Counted from the first letter of the stretch, positions 50,936-61,998 are shown. The stretch is 64,000 nt of DNA from Bacillota bacterium (GCA_023415335.1 JAEZLD010000048.1:1-64000), one strand, 5' to 3'. Program-made: numbers and translations. Notes: generated by a model from the sequence alone, not told the origin.

Positions 50936-51016
50936 ACTAAAAAACTTCCTCCTTAATTGTATTAATGATATTATTATACATTAATGTTAAATGGCAGTCA
51001 ATTTATTGAAATTACG

Positions 51017-51295
51017 TTAATTATTATTTTTATCCTTATCAATAAACAGTATTTCTCCTGGTTTAACAAGCCCAAGCTTCTCCCTTGCTACCTTTTCAAT
51101 ATATCCATCATTTTGGGTATCCTCCAGCCGGGAAGTAAGATCGGCATTCTTCTCCTGGAGCTGGGTCAGCTGCGCTTCATATTGGTGATGCTTGTCATTC
51201 AGTCCTGCTATTGTTATTTGCTGCCTTATTAATATTGATCCAAAGAAAGCTAGTATCACACCCCAGAATATAAGCTTTTTCCATTTAATCTTCAT
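51017..51295 (-). CDS. divIC: Septum formation initiator DivIC/FtsB
   Basis: It is a single TM + coiled coil 'QLTQLQEKNADLTSRLEDTQND...VAREKLGLVKPGEI'. Confidence 0.8.
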   Translation of the reverse strand: MKIKWKKLIFWGVILAFFGSILIRQQITIAGLNDKHHQYEAQLTQLQEKNADLTSRLEDTQNDGYIEKVAREKLGLVKPGEILFIDKDKNNN

Positions 51296-51313
51296 AAAAC
51301 CTACTCCTTAGTG

Positions 51314-51859
51314 TTATTTTTCTTGGCTGATATTTTTTTTTGTATTAATTTTATTATTCTTTATGGCTTTGGTTTTTCCTGCTTTTTGATTACTTTTTTT
51401 TGATGCCTTTATCTGCTTCTTGACCTTATACTTCTGGTCCTCCTTGTGGATAAGAGCTGAAATCAGGCTTTTGATAAATCCAATCATGTATAATATAGCC
51501 TTTATTGGGAATATGAGCACCATCCATAAAATTCTTATAGCCTTGGCCATATAATATATAAACCATCTCATACCCTTTAGTATAGCCCTGCTTAAGACCT
51601 TAAAGTAAAGAAGCCCCCCCAGTCCCATTCCTATAATTGTATAATATCTAAAATCCCCGTTATTGGTGTATAAAAAGAATATAAATATTATTATTGCGCA
51701 AAGAATCCAGAACAGCATGTCCGATATAGCCGCAAGTAATCCCCTGGTACGACACCAGTATCTTATGCTGCGGTATCCATCAACCATGAGACCGGCTATG
51801 ACCCCTCCTGCTACTGCGCATAAAAAATAATATATCTGTATGCTTGAAGGTATAATCAT
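51314..51859 (-). CDS. yabQ: Spore cortex biosynthesis membrane protein YabQ
   Basis: It is a multi-TM small protein with a K-rich tail. Its position between yabP and divIC is conserved. Confidence 0.6.
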   Translation of the reverse strand: MIIPSSIQIYYFLCAVAGGVIAGLMVDGYRSIRYWCRTRGLLAAISDMLFWILCAIIIFIFFLYTNNGDFRYYTIIGMGLGGLLYFKVLSRAILKGMRWFIYYMAKAIRILWMVLIFPIKAILYMIGFIKSLISALIHKEDQKYKVKKQIKASKKSNQKAGKTKAIKNNKINTKKNISQEK

Positions 51860-51880
51860 AATGTCCCCCGTATAGACAGA

Positions 51881-52168
51881 TTACTTAAACAGCTTCTTGA
51901 GCAGCTTTTCCTTACTTGCACTATCCTTATCATTGTAAAATATAGAATAAACATATCCTTCTATGGACATTTCTCCATTATCCACATTAAGCTTGTTCAC
52001 CTTCATAGACTTGCCCTTAATGCTTAAACCACCCATGGATGTCTGCAGCACCACATTTTCTTCGTTAAAGGTTACCACCTTGATTACGCCTGTTAAATCC
52101 AGGCTTTCCCTGTTATTTATATAAAGGGAGTGGTTCTGCTGAAACTTTGTTCCCTTTGAATTTTCCAT
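51881..52168 (-). CDS. yabP: Sporulation protein YabP
   Basis: It has the YabP fold 'LTGVIKVVTFNEENVVLQTSMGGLSIKG'. Confidence 0.85.
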   Translation of the reverse strand: MENSKGTKFQQNHSLYINNRESLDLTGVIKVVTFNEENVVLQTSMGGLSIKGKSMKVNKLNVDNGEMSIEGYVYSIFYNDKDSASKEKLLKKLFK

Positions 52169-52284
52169 ACTATCCCTCCCATCATATTTATTTTTATGAT
52201 TCGGGAAGGCTTATTATTACTTTTTTATAGCAGCCTTTAATAAGGTAAAAGCCTGTAGGATTTTTATAGTCCCACAGGCTTTCA

Positions 52285-52542
52285 TTAATCAATCTCCTTG
52301 CCACTTAGAATCCTATACAATCCTGCAGCGCTGTCCTTGGTTACCCTTTCGGCTATGCTGAGTATTTCGGCTTTGACACTACCAGAGGCATAGTTTATTT
52401 CAATAATGTCTCCTACCTTTACCTCAGAACCAGGCTTGGCGGGTCTGTTATTCAACATTACTCGGCCAGAATCACAAACCTCCTTGGCTACGGTCCTTCT
52501 CTTTATAATCCTGGATACCTTAAGGTATTTATCTAGTCTCAT
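52285..52542 (-). CDS. yabO: RNA-binding S4 domain protein (YabO/Hsp15-like)
   Basis: 'MRLDKYLKVSRIIKRRTVAKEVCDSGRVMLNN'. Confidence 0.85.
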   Translation of the reverse strand: MRLDKYLKVSRIIKRRTVAKEVCDSGRVMLNNRPAKPGSEVKVGDIIEINYASGSVKAEILSIAERVTKDSAAGLYRILSGKEID

Positions 52543-52606
52543 TCCTTCACCCCCGGAGCAATGAATTTAATGGAAAAAATCAGGTCTAAGACCTGATTTT
52601 CTTCGG

Positions 52607-52882
52607 TTACTTATTTACTGATTCCTTAAGTTCCTTACCAGCCTTAAATGCAGGTACCTTTGATGCAGGAATAGCTATTTCTTCAAGAGTTCTTGGGTTT
52701 CTGCCCTTTCTTTCTGCTCTTTCCTTTACTTCAAAAGTTCCAAAGCCTACTAGCTGAACCTTTTCTCCGCTTGTGAGCGCACCCTCTACGCTATCGATGA
52801 AAGCCTTGAGAGCCTTCTCTGCGTCCTTCTTAGTAAGACCGCTCTTTTCTGCCATTGCTGTTATAAGTTCTGCTTTGTTCAC
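52607..52882 (-). CDS. hup: DNA-binding protein HU
   Basis: It has the canonical HU sequence '[38 protein letters not shown]'. Confidence 0.95.
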   Translation of the reverse strand: MNKAELITAMAEKSGLTKKDAEKALKAFIDSVEGALTSGEKVQLVGFGTFEVKERAERKGRNPRTLEEIAIPASKVPAFKAGKELKESVNK

Positions 52883-52983
52883 AATGATTCCCTCCTTTGT
52901 TATTCTACATGGTAGATTACTATAGTGTATTCTTCACAAATCCCAAAAATCCTTCTTTATCGAAGCATTTTTTAGCAAAATAA

Positions 52984-54426
52984 TTAAGAAAGTTTAGATT
53001 TGGCAACATTCCACAGCAAATCCATCTCATCTAGTGCCATTTCGTTAAGCTTTCTTCCCTGTGAGGTGCACTCCTTTTCCATATATCCAAACCTGGAAAT
53101 AAACTTATCACAGGTTCTGGACAAAGCAAGCTCCGGATTAACATTCAGATACCTGCAGGCATTAACAACAGAGAATAGTAAATCTCCCAGTTCTTCTGTT
53201 ATATTGCCATTATTTTGTGTTTTATATACTTCTAAAAATTCATTTAGCTCTTCATGTATCTTATCTATAGCACCATCAACGTTGTCCCATTCGAAACCTA
53301 CCTTTGCAGCCTTTTCCTGTATCTTATAGCTTCTCATAAGCGAAGGCATAACCCTTGGTATGGCCTGAAGGTTTTCAGTAACTGACGACATGTGCTTTTC
53401 CTCCAGCTTTATCTCCTCCCATCGGTCCAGTACTTCCTCTGAAGTATCCATATTTTCATCTCCGAAAACATGGGGATGGCGGTTTATCATCTTGTCAATT
53501 ACACCCTGTGTCACATCATTTATATCAAATTCACCAAATTCCCTTGCTATCTGGCTATGAAATACAACTTGAAGCAGCACGTCTCCAAGCTCTTCACAGA
53601 GCGCATCCATATCCCTATTCTCAATTGCATCCACTACCTCATAACTTTCCTCAATAAGGTAGCGCTTAAGAGTCTCATGATTCTGTTCCTTATCCCAGGG
53701 GCATCCATTTTCTCCTCTAAGCCTTTCCATGACCCTTAGGAGTCCCTGAAACCCTCTCTGTTTATCCTCCTTAACTGGGGGTATGTAAAGGCTGGTAAGG
53801 TAGTCAACCCATTCTACCCTGTCTATTTCATATAAAGGCATATGCTCTGCCTTCTCAATATCGGGAACACCTGCAGCCCTTATTAGTACAACCTCCTGGT
53901 CGTCGCTGTAGGTTTCCATAAGCTGAAGCTTTATGTCGGATGCAACCATCCTGCTGTATACCTGGGTTACAATGTTTCCGGTATTTATATCAGGCCTTTG
54001 TGATGAAAGCTGAAGACCATCTATTATTTTCAATCCCTCTATAGGGTCAACCTGCAGAAGGTTTACAACTGCATCTATGAAGCTGAGTGCTGGATGTATA
54101 CGCACCTTTACTCCGGCCTTCTTTGCCTGCTTAAGAATCAGCTGTACTGATTTTTCAGCAATAAGTGGATGGCCTGGCACTGCATATACTACGTTTTCCT
54201 GAGCTACAATCCTTTCCGCTATTGTTTCATAAACCTGGTCAAAGCTATCCCCCTCATCATACACCAGGTCAAAGGTGCTGAAGGTAATGCCCAGCTCTTT
54301 TAAGTAGTCCACATTGGGATGTTTGCATGTCCTTAAATATACATTATCTGCACTTTTCATTATATTTATACAGCTCAGGGTAATATCCTCCCTGGCTCCT
54401 GGTCCTAAGCCCACAATATCTATCAT
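52984..54426 (-). CDS. mazG: Tetrapyrrole-methylase-like + MazG nucleoside triphosphate pyrophosphohydrolase (YabN)
   Basis: It has the N-terminal TP_methylase 'IVGLGPGA' and C-terminal MazG 'EESYEVVDAIE...EELGDLLF' repeats. Confidence 0.9.
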   Translation of the reverse strand: MIDIVGLGPGAREDITLSCINIMKSADNVYLRTCKHPNVDYLKELGITFSTFDLVYDEGDSFDQVYETIAERIVAQENVVYAVPGHPLIAEKSVQLILKQAKKAGVKVRIHPALSFIDAVVNLLQVDPIEGLKIIDGLQLSSQRPDINTGNIVTQVYSRMVASDIKLQLMETYSDDQEVVLIRAAGVPDIEKAEHMPLYEIDRVEWVDYLTSLYIPPVKEDKQRGFQGLLRVMERLRGENGCPWDKEQNHETLKRYLIEESYEVVDAIENRDMDALCEELGDVLLQVVFHSQIAREFGEFDINDVTQGVIDKMINRHPHVFGDENMDTSEEVLDRWEEIKLEEKHMSSVTENLQAIPRVMPSLMRSYKIQEKAAKVGFEWDNVDGAIDKIHEELNEFLEVYKTQNNGNITEELGDLLFSVVNACRYLNVNPELALSRTCDKFISRFGYMEKECTSQGRKLNEMALDEMDLLWNVAKSKLS

Positions 54427-54446
54427 ATGTATCCTCCCAAGCTTTG

Positions 54447-55988
54447 TTAAAGTCCTCGTCTCACGATTCCGGTCAGTTCATCCTTTGTCAGGGTTCTTGT
54501 GGCTAAAAGCATTACAATATATATAAACCCTCCAATTAGAATGGCTAGAACAGTTGCAATATTACCGCTTCCAGACAAGCTTTGTATCCTCGTGAATACG
54601 AATATCACTGATATAATCATCATTGCCGAGGATATAGCCGGCCCCGCAAAGGTTTTATTAAACGGAAGCCTTACTCTCGTATATTTTACCACAAATATAA
54701 AATCAAGCAAAGCTACTACTACATATGAAAACAGGGTGCTATATGCTGCTGCCTTTATGTTTAGTGACTGAACGGGTACAAAGGCCATGCTTATAATAAT
54801 CTTTACTATGCACCCCAAGCACATAGTAGCCACAGGAAGTATGGTTTTACCTATTCCATTGAGTATACTGGTACATACCTGTGCAATGATTATAAACACT
54901 GCTGCCACGGACAGTATCTGAAGCAACCTCCAGCCATCCCCTGTTCCTTGGAATATAAGCATCAGTATAGGCCTTGAAAGGGCATACAGCCCCGCACAGC
55001 AGGGAAGTGCTATCACCATTCCAAACTTAAATATGACGTGTATAGTCTTATGAAGGCTTTTAAGGCTTCTTATGGCATTCATCTCTGATATAGCAGGAAC
55101 AGTGCTTTGTGCCAGCGCCATAGAAAGAGTAAGCGGTACATTTATAAGCACATGGGCCTTGCCTGTAAGCTGTCCATATAGCCTTGTAGCCATCTGGTAG
55201 CTATAGCCAGAGGACATTAAAAGCCCAGGCACCTGTATGGAATCTATCAACGCCATTACAGAGCCTATAGCCTGGCCTATAGATATAGGTATAGCCATTC
55301 GGAGCATTTCACAAAATAAATACATAGAGTTTCTGGTTTTCTCTTCATATATACATTCTATCCTGTTCCTACTATATTTGACCATCATCCAAAGCAGTGC
55401 TATAAAGGCACCTGCTGCAGCTCCAAAGGAGGCTCCACCTGCTGCCACATCTATTCCCTTAGGTAGAAGCAGATATGCTAGTCCAACACCAATACATATT
55501 CTAATGATCTGCTCCATCACCTGGGATGCTGCAGGAGGCTCCATTATCTGAAGGCCTTGGAAATATCCACGGTATACAGAAAGAAGGCATGTAAATGCTG
55601 GAGCAAGAGATATGCCCATTAGAGAGTATGCAGCTTCATTGCTCCATTTAAAGGTGTGTATTATTGTTTGGGAAAAAATGATTAGGGAAGCACTTGAAAT
55701 CACCCCAAATATGGCCATAGCCAAAATGGAGGTTCTAAATATTTTTACTGCTTCCTTTTTTCTGTTCAATGCTATGCGCTCGGATATCATCTTAGATAAT
55801 GCAACAGGTATTCCTGCTGCAAGAGCAAGGAGAAAGGTATATAAAGGATATGTAAGCTGGTAAAGGCCTATACCCTCCTCCCCGACCATGTTTATAAGCG
55901 GTATTCTGAAAAAGAAACCAAGAAACTTGGCAACAATACCAGCCGCTGCTAAAATAAGAGTTCCCCTTATTAGGCTTTTCTTATACAT
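54447..55988 (-). CDS. spoVB: MOP-superfamily flippase, stage V sporulation protein B-like (YabM/SpoVB)
   Basis: It has 14 TMs and belongs to the polysaccharide biosynthesis (Wzx/MurJ-like) family. The position next to spoVT is conserved. Confidence 0.75.
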   Translation of the reverse strand: MYKKSLIRGTLILAAAGIVAKFLGFFFRIPLINMVGEEGIGLYQLTYPLYTFLLALAAGIPVALSKMISERIALNRKKEAVKIFRTSILAMAIFGVISSASLIIFSQTIIHTFKWSNEAAYSLMGISLAPAFTCLLSVYRGYFQGLQIMEPPAASQVMEQIIRICIGVGLAYLLLPKGIDVAAGGASFGAAAGAFIALLWMMVKYSRNRIECIYEEKTRNSMYLFCEMLRMAIPISIGQAIGSVMALIDSIQVPGLLMSSGYSYQMATRLYGQLTGKAHVLINVPLTLSMALAQSTVPAISEMNAIRSLKSLHKTIHVIFKFGMVIALPCCAGLYALSRPILMLIFQGTGDGWRLLQILSVAAVFIIIAQVCTSILNGIGKTILPVATMCLGCIVKIIISMAFVPVQSLNIKAAAYSTLFSYVVVALLDFIFVVKYTRVRLPFNKTFAGPAISSAMMIISVIFVFTRIQSLSGSGNIATVLAILIGGFIYIVMLLATRTLTKDELTGIVRRGL

Positions 55989-56088
55989 ATAACTTCTCCT
56001 GTCAAAGCAGTATTCCTATTCACTCTTTATATAAGAATATTAACGTTCGAAGAGTTATATGACTTTTCAGCAACCTATTAAAATTCCA

Positions 56089-56646
56089 TTATTGTTCCAT
56101 CTGCTTTCCAAGAAATACAGCAGCTGTCTCTGCAAGCTTTCTTTCAAGCTCTCCCATAGAAATGTTAGGCTCCTTAGACATTATAATAACTGCTCCTACT
56201 GCATCTCCTTCTGCAACAATTGGAGAGATAATCTGTGAGGAATAAACTGACGAGTCTTCCTCGTCACCAGAGATTACGAATCCCTTGCCTCCATCCTTAT
56301 TGTTGTGAAGTATAGTTTTTCTGTCTAAAAGAAGCTTTTCTATATCCTCGCTAACTCTCTTTTCAAGATATTCCTTTTTTGGTGCTCCGGCAGTGGCAAT
56401 TACCGTATCCTTATCACAGATAAGAACTGATCTGCCTATTGACTGCTGAAGAGCTTCTGCATATTCCTTTGCAAAATCACTCAGCTCACCAATTGGAGAA
56501 TATTTCTTAAGTATTACTCCACCTTCGCGGTCAGTAAATATCTCAAGAGGGTCTCCTTCCCTTATTCGCAGAGTCCTTCTTATTTCCTTTGGTATTACAA
56601 CTCTTCCCAGGTCGTCAATTCTTCTGACAATTCCAGTTGCTTTCAT
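56089..56646 (-). CDS. spoVT: Stage V sporulation protein T (AbrB-N + GAF)
   Basis: 'MKATGIVRRIDDLGRVVIPKEIRRTLRIREGDPLEIF' is a swapped-hairpin AbrB domain. The ORF extends 12 codons upstream of the likely start. Confidence 0.9.
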   Translation of the reverse strand: MKATGIVRRIDDLGRVVIPKEIRRTLRIREGDPLEIFTDREGGVILKKYSPIGELSDFAKEYAEALQQSIGRSVLICDKDTVIATAGAPKKEYLEKRVSEDIEKLLLDRKTILHNNKDGGKGFVISGDEEDSSVYSSQIISPIVAEGDAVGAVIIMSKEPNISMGELERKLAETAAVFLGKQMEQ

Positions 56647-56849
56647 ACTTTTTCCTCCTGTTACTAGCAATATACCATACATTGGTCTTAATTATAATTT
56701 CTACAAAAAAACAAAAATTATACTCAAAAATATTTTATACTGCAATATATGGTTTATATTTCATGAATTATATAGGAGTTTCTATAAAGACCAACATCAG
56801 TAAAAAGATGGCTGATATGCAGTTATCCTGCATATCAGCCATAATTAAT

Positions 56850-57038
56850 CTACAACGTTTCCTTTACACTTTTAATTTGTATCTTCTTTCTCTTAAACAT
56901 GCATGCGCTGCACATATCCTCTGACATTGAAGGCCTGTTTCTATACCCACAGTTTTGACAAGCATCTTCAGCATACCTCATGGGACTCCGTTCAATATCC
57001 CTCTCCCAGATGTCATGCCCATTGAAGCGGTCCTTCAT
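56850..57038 (-). CDS. Small (62 aa) zinc-ribbon-like protein
   Basis: It has 'CQNCGYRN...CSACMF'. A GGAGG RBS lies 8 nt upstream. Confidence 0.45.
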   Translation of the reverse strand: MKDRFNGHDIWERDIERSPMRYAEDACQNCGYRNRPSMSEDMCSACMFKRKKIQIKSVKETL

Positions 57039-57275
57039 TTTAAAACCTCCAAATCTTAATACATATATTGTGTATATTTATACATTTATTATACATTTTT
57101 ATGTATTGTTAATCAAGAGGTGGCTCCTAACTTTTATATTAGTTTATTACATATCCATAAAAATTATTAAATTTATATAAAGTAAAAGCAGTCTTTACAG
57201 TTACAATACAAGAAAAGCCTGACCATTGCTGATCAGGCTTTTCAACATATTCTATTCTCTTTTCTCTCTTCACTC

Positions 57276-58226
57276 TTATCTTGTTATTGTTGTCCCTGTC
57301 TTTCCCTTCAGCGCCTCGCGGGCCTTCTCCAGAGACGTTACAATGGCTTTCCTGCCTTCTCTGGACTCTGCAAACATGACTGCTGCCTTTACCTTAGGAA
57401 GCATGGAGCCAGGTGCAAAGTGCCCTTCCTCCATATATGTGTAAGCCTCCTGACAGGTCATATTAGCTATGTTCCTCTGGTCAGGCTTGTTGAAGTTTAT
57501 GGCTATCTGCTCTACTGCAGTAAGTATTACCAGCTCGTCTGCCTCTAAAAGCTCTGCAATCTTCTCAGATGCCAGATCCTTATCAATAACTGCAGGTACA
57601 CCTTCAAGTCTTCCATCCTCTTTCTGTATAACAGGCACTCCGCCGCCGCCTACGGTTATGACAACATGTCCTGCTTCAACAAGAGTCCTGACGATGGGTT
57701 CCTCAACAACTGTAATGGGCATTGGAGAAGCAACAACCCTTCTCCACCCACGTCCTGCATCTTCCTTCATTACATAGCCCTTTTCATCCCTAAGCCTTAC
57801 TGCCTGCTCCTCTGTAAAGAAGGAGCCTACAGGCTTGGTTGGATTTTTAAAGCCAGGGTCCTCCTTGTCCACCACTACCTGGGTTACAATAGCAGCAATG
57901 CTTTTGTTTATACCCCTGCCTCTCATCTCCTGGCTTATAGCCTGCTGAAGGTGATATCCTATATAGCCCTGGCTCATGGCGCCACACTCAGGGAATGGCA
58001 TTACAGGCTTTGATGGGTCTATGGAATTTGAGGCCTCATATGTAGCCACTATCTGTCCTACCTGTGGGCCATTTCCGTGTGCTACTATTACCTCGTGTCC
58101 GTCTTCTATCAGGTCTACTATTGCCTTAGCTGTCTCGTGGCATGTCTCAAGCTGTGCTTCAGCAGAAACATTTTTAGGATTGGCCTGGAGGGCATTGCCT
58201 CCTAGTGCAACAACTATTCTTGACAT
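57276..58226 (-). CDS. arcC: Carbamate kinase
   Basis: 'RIVVALGGNAL', 'GGGGVPV'. Confidence 0.9.
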   Translation of the reverse strand: MSRIVVALGGNALQANPKNVSAEAQLETCHETAKAIVDLIEDGHEVIVAHGNGPQVGQIVATYEASNSIDPSKPVMPFPECGAMSQGYIGYHLQQAISQEMRGRGINKSIAAIVTQVVVDKEDPGFKNPTKPVGSFFTEEQAVRLRDEKGYVMKEDAGRGWRRVVASPMPITVVEEPIVRTLVEAGHVVITVGGGGVPVIQKEDGRLEGVPAVIDKDLASEKIAELLEADELVILTAVEQIAINFNKPDQRNIANMTCQEAYTYMEEGHFAPGSMLPKVKAAVMFAESREGRKAIVTSLEKAREALKGKTGTTITR

Positions 58227-58255
58227 AATAGCTTCTCCTCTCTGGTAAATGCAGC

Positions 58256-59245
58256 CTAGTATAATGTTGCAACCATAACCGCCTTTATGGTATGCATCCT
58301 GTTTTCTGCCTCATCAAATACTATTGAAGCATTGCTTCTGAATACCTCATCGGTTACCTCGCGTATATCAAGTCCTCTTGCATCGGCATCCTTGGCAACC
58401 TTTGTTTCAAGGTCATGGAAGGATGGCAGGCAGTGCATGAACTTAACCTCTGGGTTTCCAGTGGCTTTCATCATGTCCATTGTTACCCTGTATGGTGTAA
58501 GCAGTCTTACCCTCTCAGGCATCTGGTCCTCTTCTCCCATGGACGCCCAGATGTCAGTATATATTACGTCTGCTCCCTTTATGGAATCTATATTGTCTGA
58601 TACCTCTATTACTGCTCCTGTTTCTGCTGCGACCTTCTTAACTACTGCAAGTTTATCCTCTGCGGGATGCAGCTCCTTTGGTCCGTATGCTACAAAGTGC
58701 ATCCCCATCTTTGCACAGCCATACATCCATGCATAGCTCATGTTGTTCCTTGTATCTCCCACGAAGACAACCTTTACCTTGTTTAATGGCTTTGCTATAT
58801 GCTCCTCAATTGTAAGAAGATCTGCAAGTATCTGGGTTGGATGGTCAATATCGGTTAACCCGTTCCATACAGGAACTCCTGCATGCTTTGCCAGGTCCTC
58901 AACAACCTCTTGGCTGTAGCCTCTATACTCAATCCCGTCAAAGAACCTTCCGAGAACCTTTGCAGTGTCCTCAAGGGATTCCTTCTTGCTCATCTGTGAG
59001 CTGTTGGAGTCTAGGAATGTAACGTGTGCTCCCTCATCTAATGCAGCCACCTCAAAGGCACACCTTGTTCTTGTGGAGGTCTTCTCAAATAATAGAACAA
59101 CATTCTTTCCCTTAAGAACCTCGTTATGTATTCCTGCCCTCTTCTTTGCCTTTAGGTCATGAGCTAAATCCAGCATATACCTTATCTCTGCTGGGGTAAA
59201 ATCCATAAGTGTAAGAAAACTTCTTCCCTTTAAATTAACTGGCAT
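58256..59245 (-). CDS. arcB: Ornithine carbamoyltransferase (catabolic, arc-operon context)
   Basis: It has 'STRTRCAFE' (carbamoyl-P binding) and 'HCLP'. Confidence 0.9.
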   Translation of the reverse strand: MPVNLKGRSFLTLMDFTPAEIRYMLDLAHDLKAKKRAGIHNEVLKGKNVVLLFEKTSTRTRCAFEVAALDEGAHVTFLDSNSSQMSKKESLEDTAKVLGRFFDGIEYRGYSQEVVEDLAKHAGVPVWNGLTDIDHPTQILADLLTIEEHIAKPLNKVKVVFVGDTRNNMSYAWMYGCAKMGMHFVAYGPKELHPAEDKLAVVKKVAAETGAVIEVSDNIDSIKGADVIYTDIWASMGEEDQMPERVRLLTPYRVTMDMMKATGNPEVKFMHCLPSFHDLETKVAKDADARGLDIREVTDEVFRSNASIVFDEAENRMHTIKAVMVATLY

Positions 59246-59287
59246 AATATTTACCTCCTGTTTAATATAATATATTTAAATAAATTA

Positions 59288-60511
59288 TTATAACCTTTCC
59301 CTGTTCAGTGGCATGCTCATACATCTTGGGCCGCCTCTTCCCCTCGAAAGCTCAGAGCTTTTAATGGGAAGTACCTTTATACCGCTTTTATCAAGTATGC
59401 CATTAGTTACATAATTCCTGTCATAGGTTATTACAGTTCCCGGAGCAATTGCAAGGGTATTGGACCCATCGTTCCACTGCTCACGCCCTGCAATAATCCT
59501 GTCTCCTCCGCCACATTCAATAAGCTGTACTGCCGGAAGCCTAAGAGCCTTTTTTAGTGCTTCCTGAAGACTTGTGTTTTCATTTTTTATATCCAGGCTT
59601 CCATTTGTGCCTCTTGTAATTTCAAACACCTGAAGCGCTGGGGATATGCCCGGATGTATAGTAAACTTATCAAAATCCACCATTGTAAACACAGTATCAA
59701 GATGCATGTAAGCCCTGCACTTAGGTATATCGAATACGAGTATTCTTTCAAACTCCTCCTGCTCCTTAAAGAGACTTCTGGCAAAGCTTTCTATTCCCAA
59801 TGCACCTGTTCTCTCGCTGCAGCCTATGGCAATAGTGCTATTTGACAACACCAGTTGGTCTCCTCCTTCAATAGAGAAAAGGTTATCCCTGCTATACCAC
59901 AGTGGAATATCCTGCCGGGCAAAAAGTGGGTTATATTTATGTATGTATTTTATAAATAAGGTTTCTCTTCTCCTGGCCTCAGTATGCATCCTGTTAATGG
60001 ATATGCCATGTCCCATAGCAGCTGCAGGGTCCCTTGTAAAATAAAGGTTAGGCATTGGGTCCAGATAGAATTCGTAGTCGTCCCCTATAAGCTCAGACAG
60101 GCTAAGCTTACCCTTTATGCTTATGTCTTCCTTCCTTACTCCAGCCATTACAGTATAAATAAGCTCCAGCGGAGCCATTTTCATTAAATATTCCTTTAAT
60201 GCGTCAGACACATTTCGCGATACTATTCCACTTTCCTTAAGGAACTCTTCAACAAAGCTCTCTTTGACTTTGTCATTATGTATAGCATCTGCTGCTAACT
60301 CCTCTAAGTATAATACCTCTACTCCATTTTGCCTAAATAGCTGTGCGAAGGCATCATGTTCCTCTTGAGCAACCTTTATGTATGGAATATCATCAAAAAG
60401 AAGCTTTCCTAAATACTCCGGGACTAGGTTTTCAACTTCCTTACCCGGCCTGTGAAGCATAACCTTTTTAAGAGCACCAATTTCTGATGTTATGTCAATA
60501 GTTAAACCCAT
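59288..60511 (-). CDS. arcA: Arginine deiminase
   Basis: 'SEIGALKKVMLHRPGKEVENL' is the ADI N-terminus, and there is a C-terminal Cys nucleophile region. The internal Met start is preferred over the 21-codon upstream extension. Confidence 0.9.
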   Translation of the reverse strand: MGLTIDITSEIGALKKVMLHRPGKEVENLVPEYLGKLLFDDIPYIKVAQEEHDAFAQLFRQNGVEVLYLEELAADAIHNDKVKESFVEEFLKESGIVSRNVSDALKEYLMKMAPLELIYTVMAGVRKEDISIKGKLSLSELIGDDYEFYLDPMPNLYFTRDPAAAMGHGISINRMHTEARRRETLFIKYIHKYNPLFARQDIPLWYSRDNLFSIEGGDQLVLSNSTIAIGCSERTGALGIESFARSLFKEQEEFERILVFDIPKCRAYMHLDTVFTMVDFDKFTIHPGISPALQVFEITRGTNGSLDIKNENTSLQEALKKALRLPAVQLIECGGGDRIIAGREQWNDGSNTLAIAPGTVITYDRNYVTNGILDKSGIKVLPIKSSELSRGRGGPRCMSMPLNRERL

Positions 60512-60923
60512 ATGCCCTGCTCCCTTCAAATTATATGTTTTATTTCCAGCACATTCATTATACAACCATTGCATAATGCTTTACAAGAGCATTGCTGGTG
60601 ATTTTCAAATGTAAATGCTGTGTCAATTATTCACTTCATTTTTATACTTCACCAATTCATTGAATATTATTTCACATGTCAAAAATAATTTTAGGTTAAA
60701 TCAGCATTTCTACTCTAAAAAAGAATATCTCATCCTTAATGTTATGTATATTTATAACACAGTCCTTCCCAGTCCTTATTGTTACATTTTTGTAATAACC
60801 ATCATCCCACAAGAATAATCTGAAGGCTTCTAAATAACTGCTTTGGTTTCTTATTACACTTCATCAGTAACTTCATGAGACTGCTCACTTCAGGGATATG
60901 AAATAAGTTTTATATTATACAAT

Positions 60924-60951
60924 AAAAAGAGGTGCTAAGCACCTCTTTTTC
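60924..60951. terminator. Bidirectional hairpin terminator downstream of prsA
   Basis: AAAAA-GAGGTGC-taa-GCACCTC-TTTTT. Confidence 0.6.
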
Positions 60952-60953
60952 TA

Positions 60954-61952
60954 CTATATCCTGTCAGAATAGGTCTTTACATTAGCTACCTTCTTCCAAG
61001 CATCGTAGTTGTTGTTAAACTCATTGTCCTTTTTCTCAGAAAGAAGCTTCTCTTTTATTGAATCCTTAACATCATCAAACGCCTTCACAGGAAATTCAGT
61101 TTTGCTGTTGCACTTTATAATATGATAGCCATAGGTTGTTTTTACAGGCTCGCTTATCTCTCCCTCTTTCAACTTTATGGCAGCATCTGTAAATTCCTGA
61201 ACTAGTCCTGAATTAACGTAGTTCACGTCTCCTAAGGAACCACCATTCTGTGCAGTCTGGGTATCAGTGCTTACAGCCTTTGCCACATCCTCAAAGCTTT
61301 CTCCTTTTTCCACCCGCTCTTTAGCAGCCTTGGCTTCTGCTTCAGTTGCAACAAGTATATGTGAAAGATTCATAGTATTATCCTTTTCAGTAAACTCATA
61401 TGGGTTCTCATCATAATATTTCTTCACATCGTCATCTGTAACAGATATGTCCTTGGTTATTTTATCATAAACCCTCTGGTATACTACGTCATACTCGAAA
61501 AGGTCCAGGAAATCATCCTTTGTTATGTTATACTTCTCAAGGGCACCATTAAATCCATCCTTATTGCTTAAGGAATCTATAAACTCATCCAGCTTTTTCT
61601 GTGCTTCCTGTGTAATTGTATCCGTATCATCCATAAGTCCAAATTCCTTGGCCTTATCCTCAATCACCTGCCTATATACCATCTGGTCTAAAACACCTGA
61701 CCGTATATATGATAAATAACTTGCTCCTGACTCACCTTCAAAGAAATCATATCCATAATAGCTTCCGAGGTAAACCTTCTGTATGGCAAGCTGTCTATTA
61801 TATTCTCCCTTTGTAAGCTTTTTCCCGTTTGCCTTTGCAACTACTGTCTTGTTTTCTCCCTTTTCTGTCTTGGTAATAAGCTTGCAGCTCGTTAAGCTAA
61901 ATATCATTACAAGAGCGATTAAAACGGCCGCCATTCTGCTTAGCTTTTTCAC
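60954..61952 (-). CDS. prsA: Foldase lipoprotein PrsA (PpiC-type peptidyl-prolyl isomerase)
   Basis: It has a lipobox 'LTSCK' and a parvulin domain 'LSHILVATEAEA...'. Confidence 0.85.
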   Translation of the reverse strand: MKKLSRMAAVLIALVMIFSLTSCKLITKTEKGENKTVVAKANGKKLTKGEYNRQLAIQKVYLGSYYGYDFFEGESGASYLSYIRSGVLDQMVYRQVIEDKAKEFGLMDDTDTITQEAQKKLDEFIDSLSNKDGFNGALEKYNITKDDFLDLFEYDVVYQRVYDKITKDISVTDDDVKKYYDENPYEFTEKDNTMNLSHILVATEAEAKAAKERVEKGESFEDVAKAVSTDTQTAQNGGSLGDVNYVNSGLVQEFTDAAIKLKEGEISEPVKTTYGYHIIKCNSKTEFPVKAFDDVKDSIKEKLLSEKKDNEFNNNYDAWKKVANVKTYSDRI

Positions 61953-61998
61953 GTAAATCCCTTCCTCTCTTGATTGACCTAAGGATTATTATAATCTA

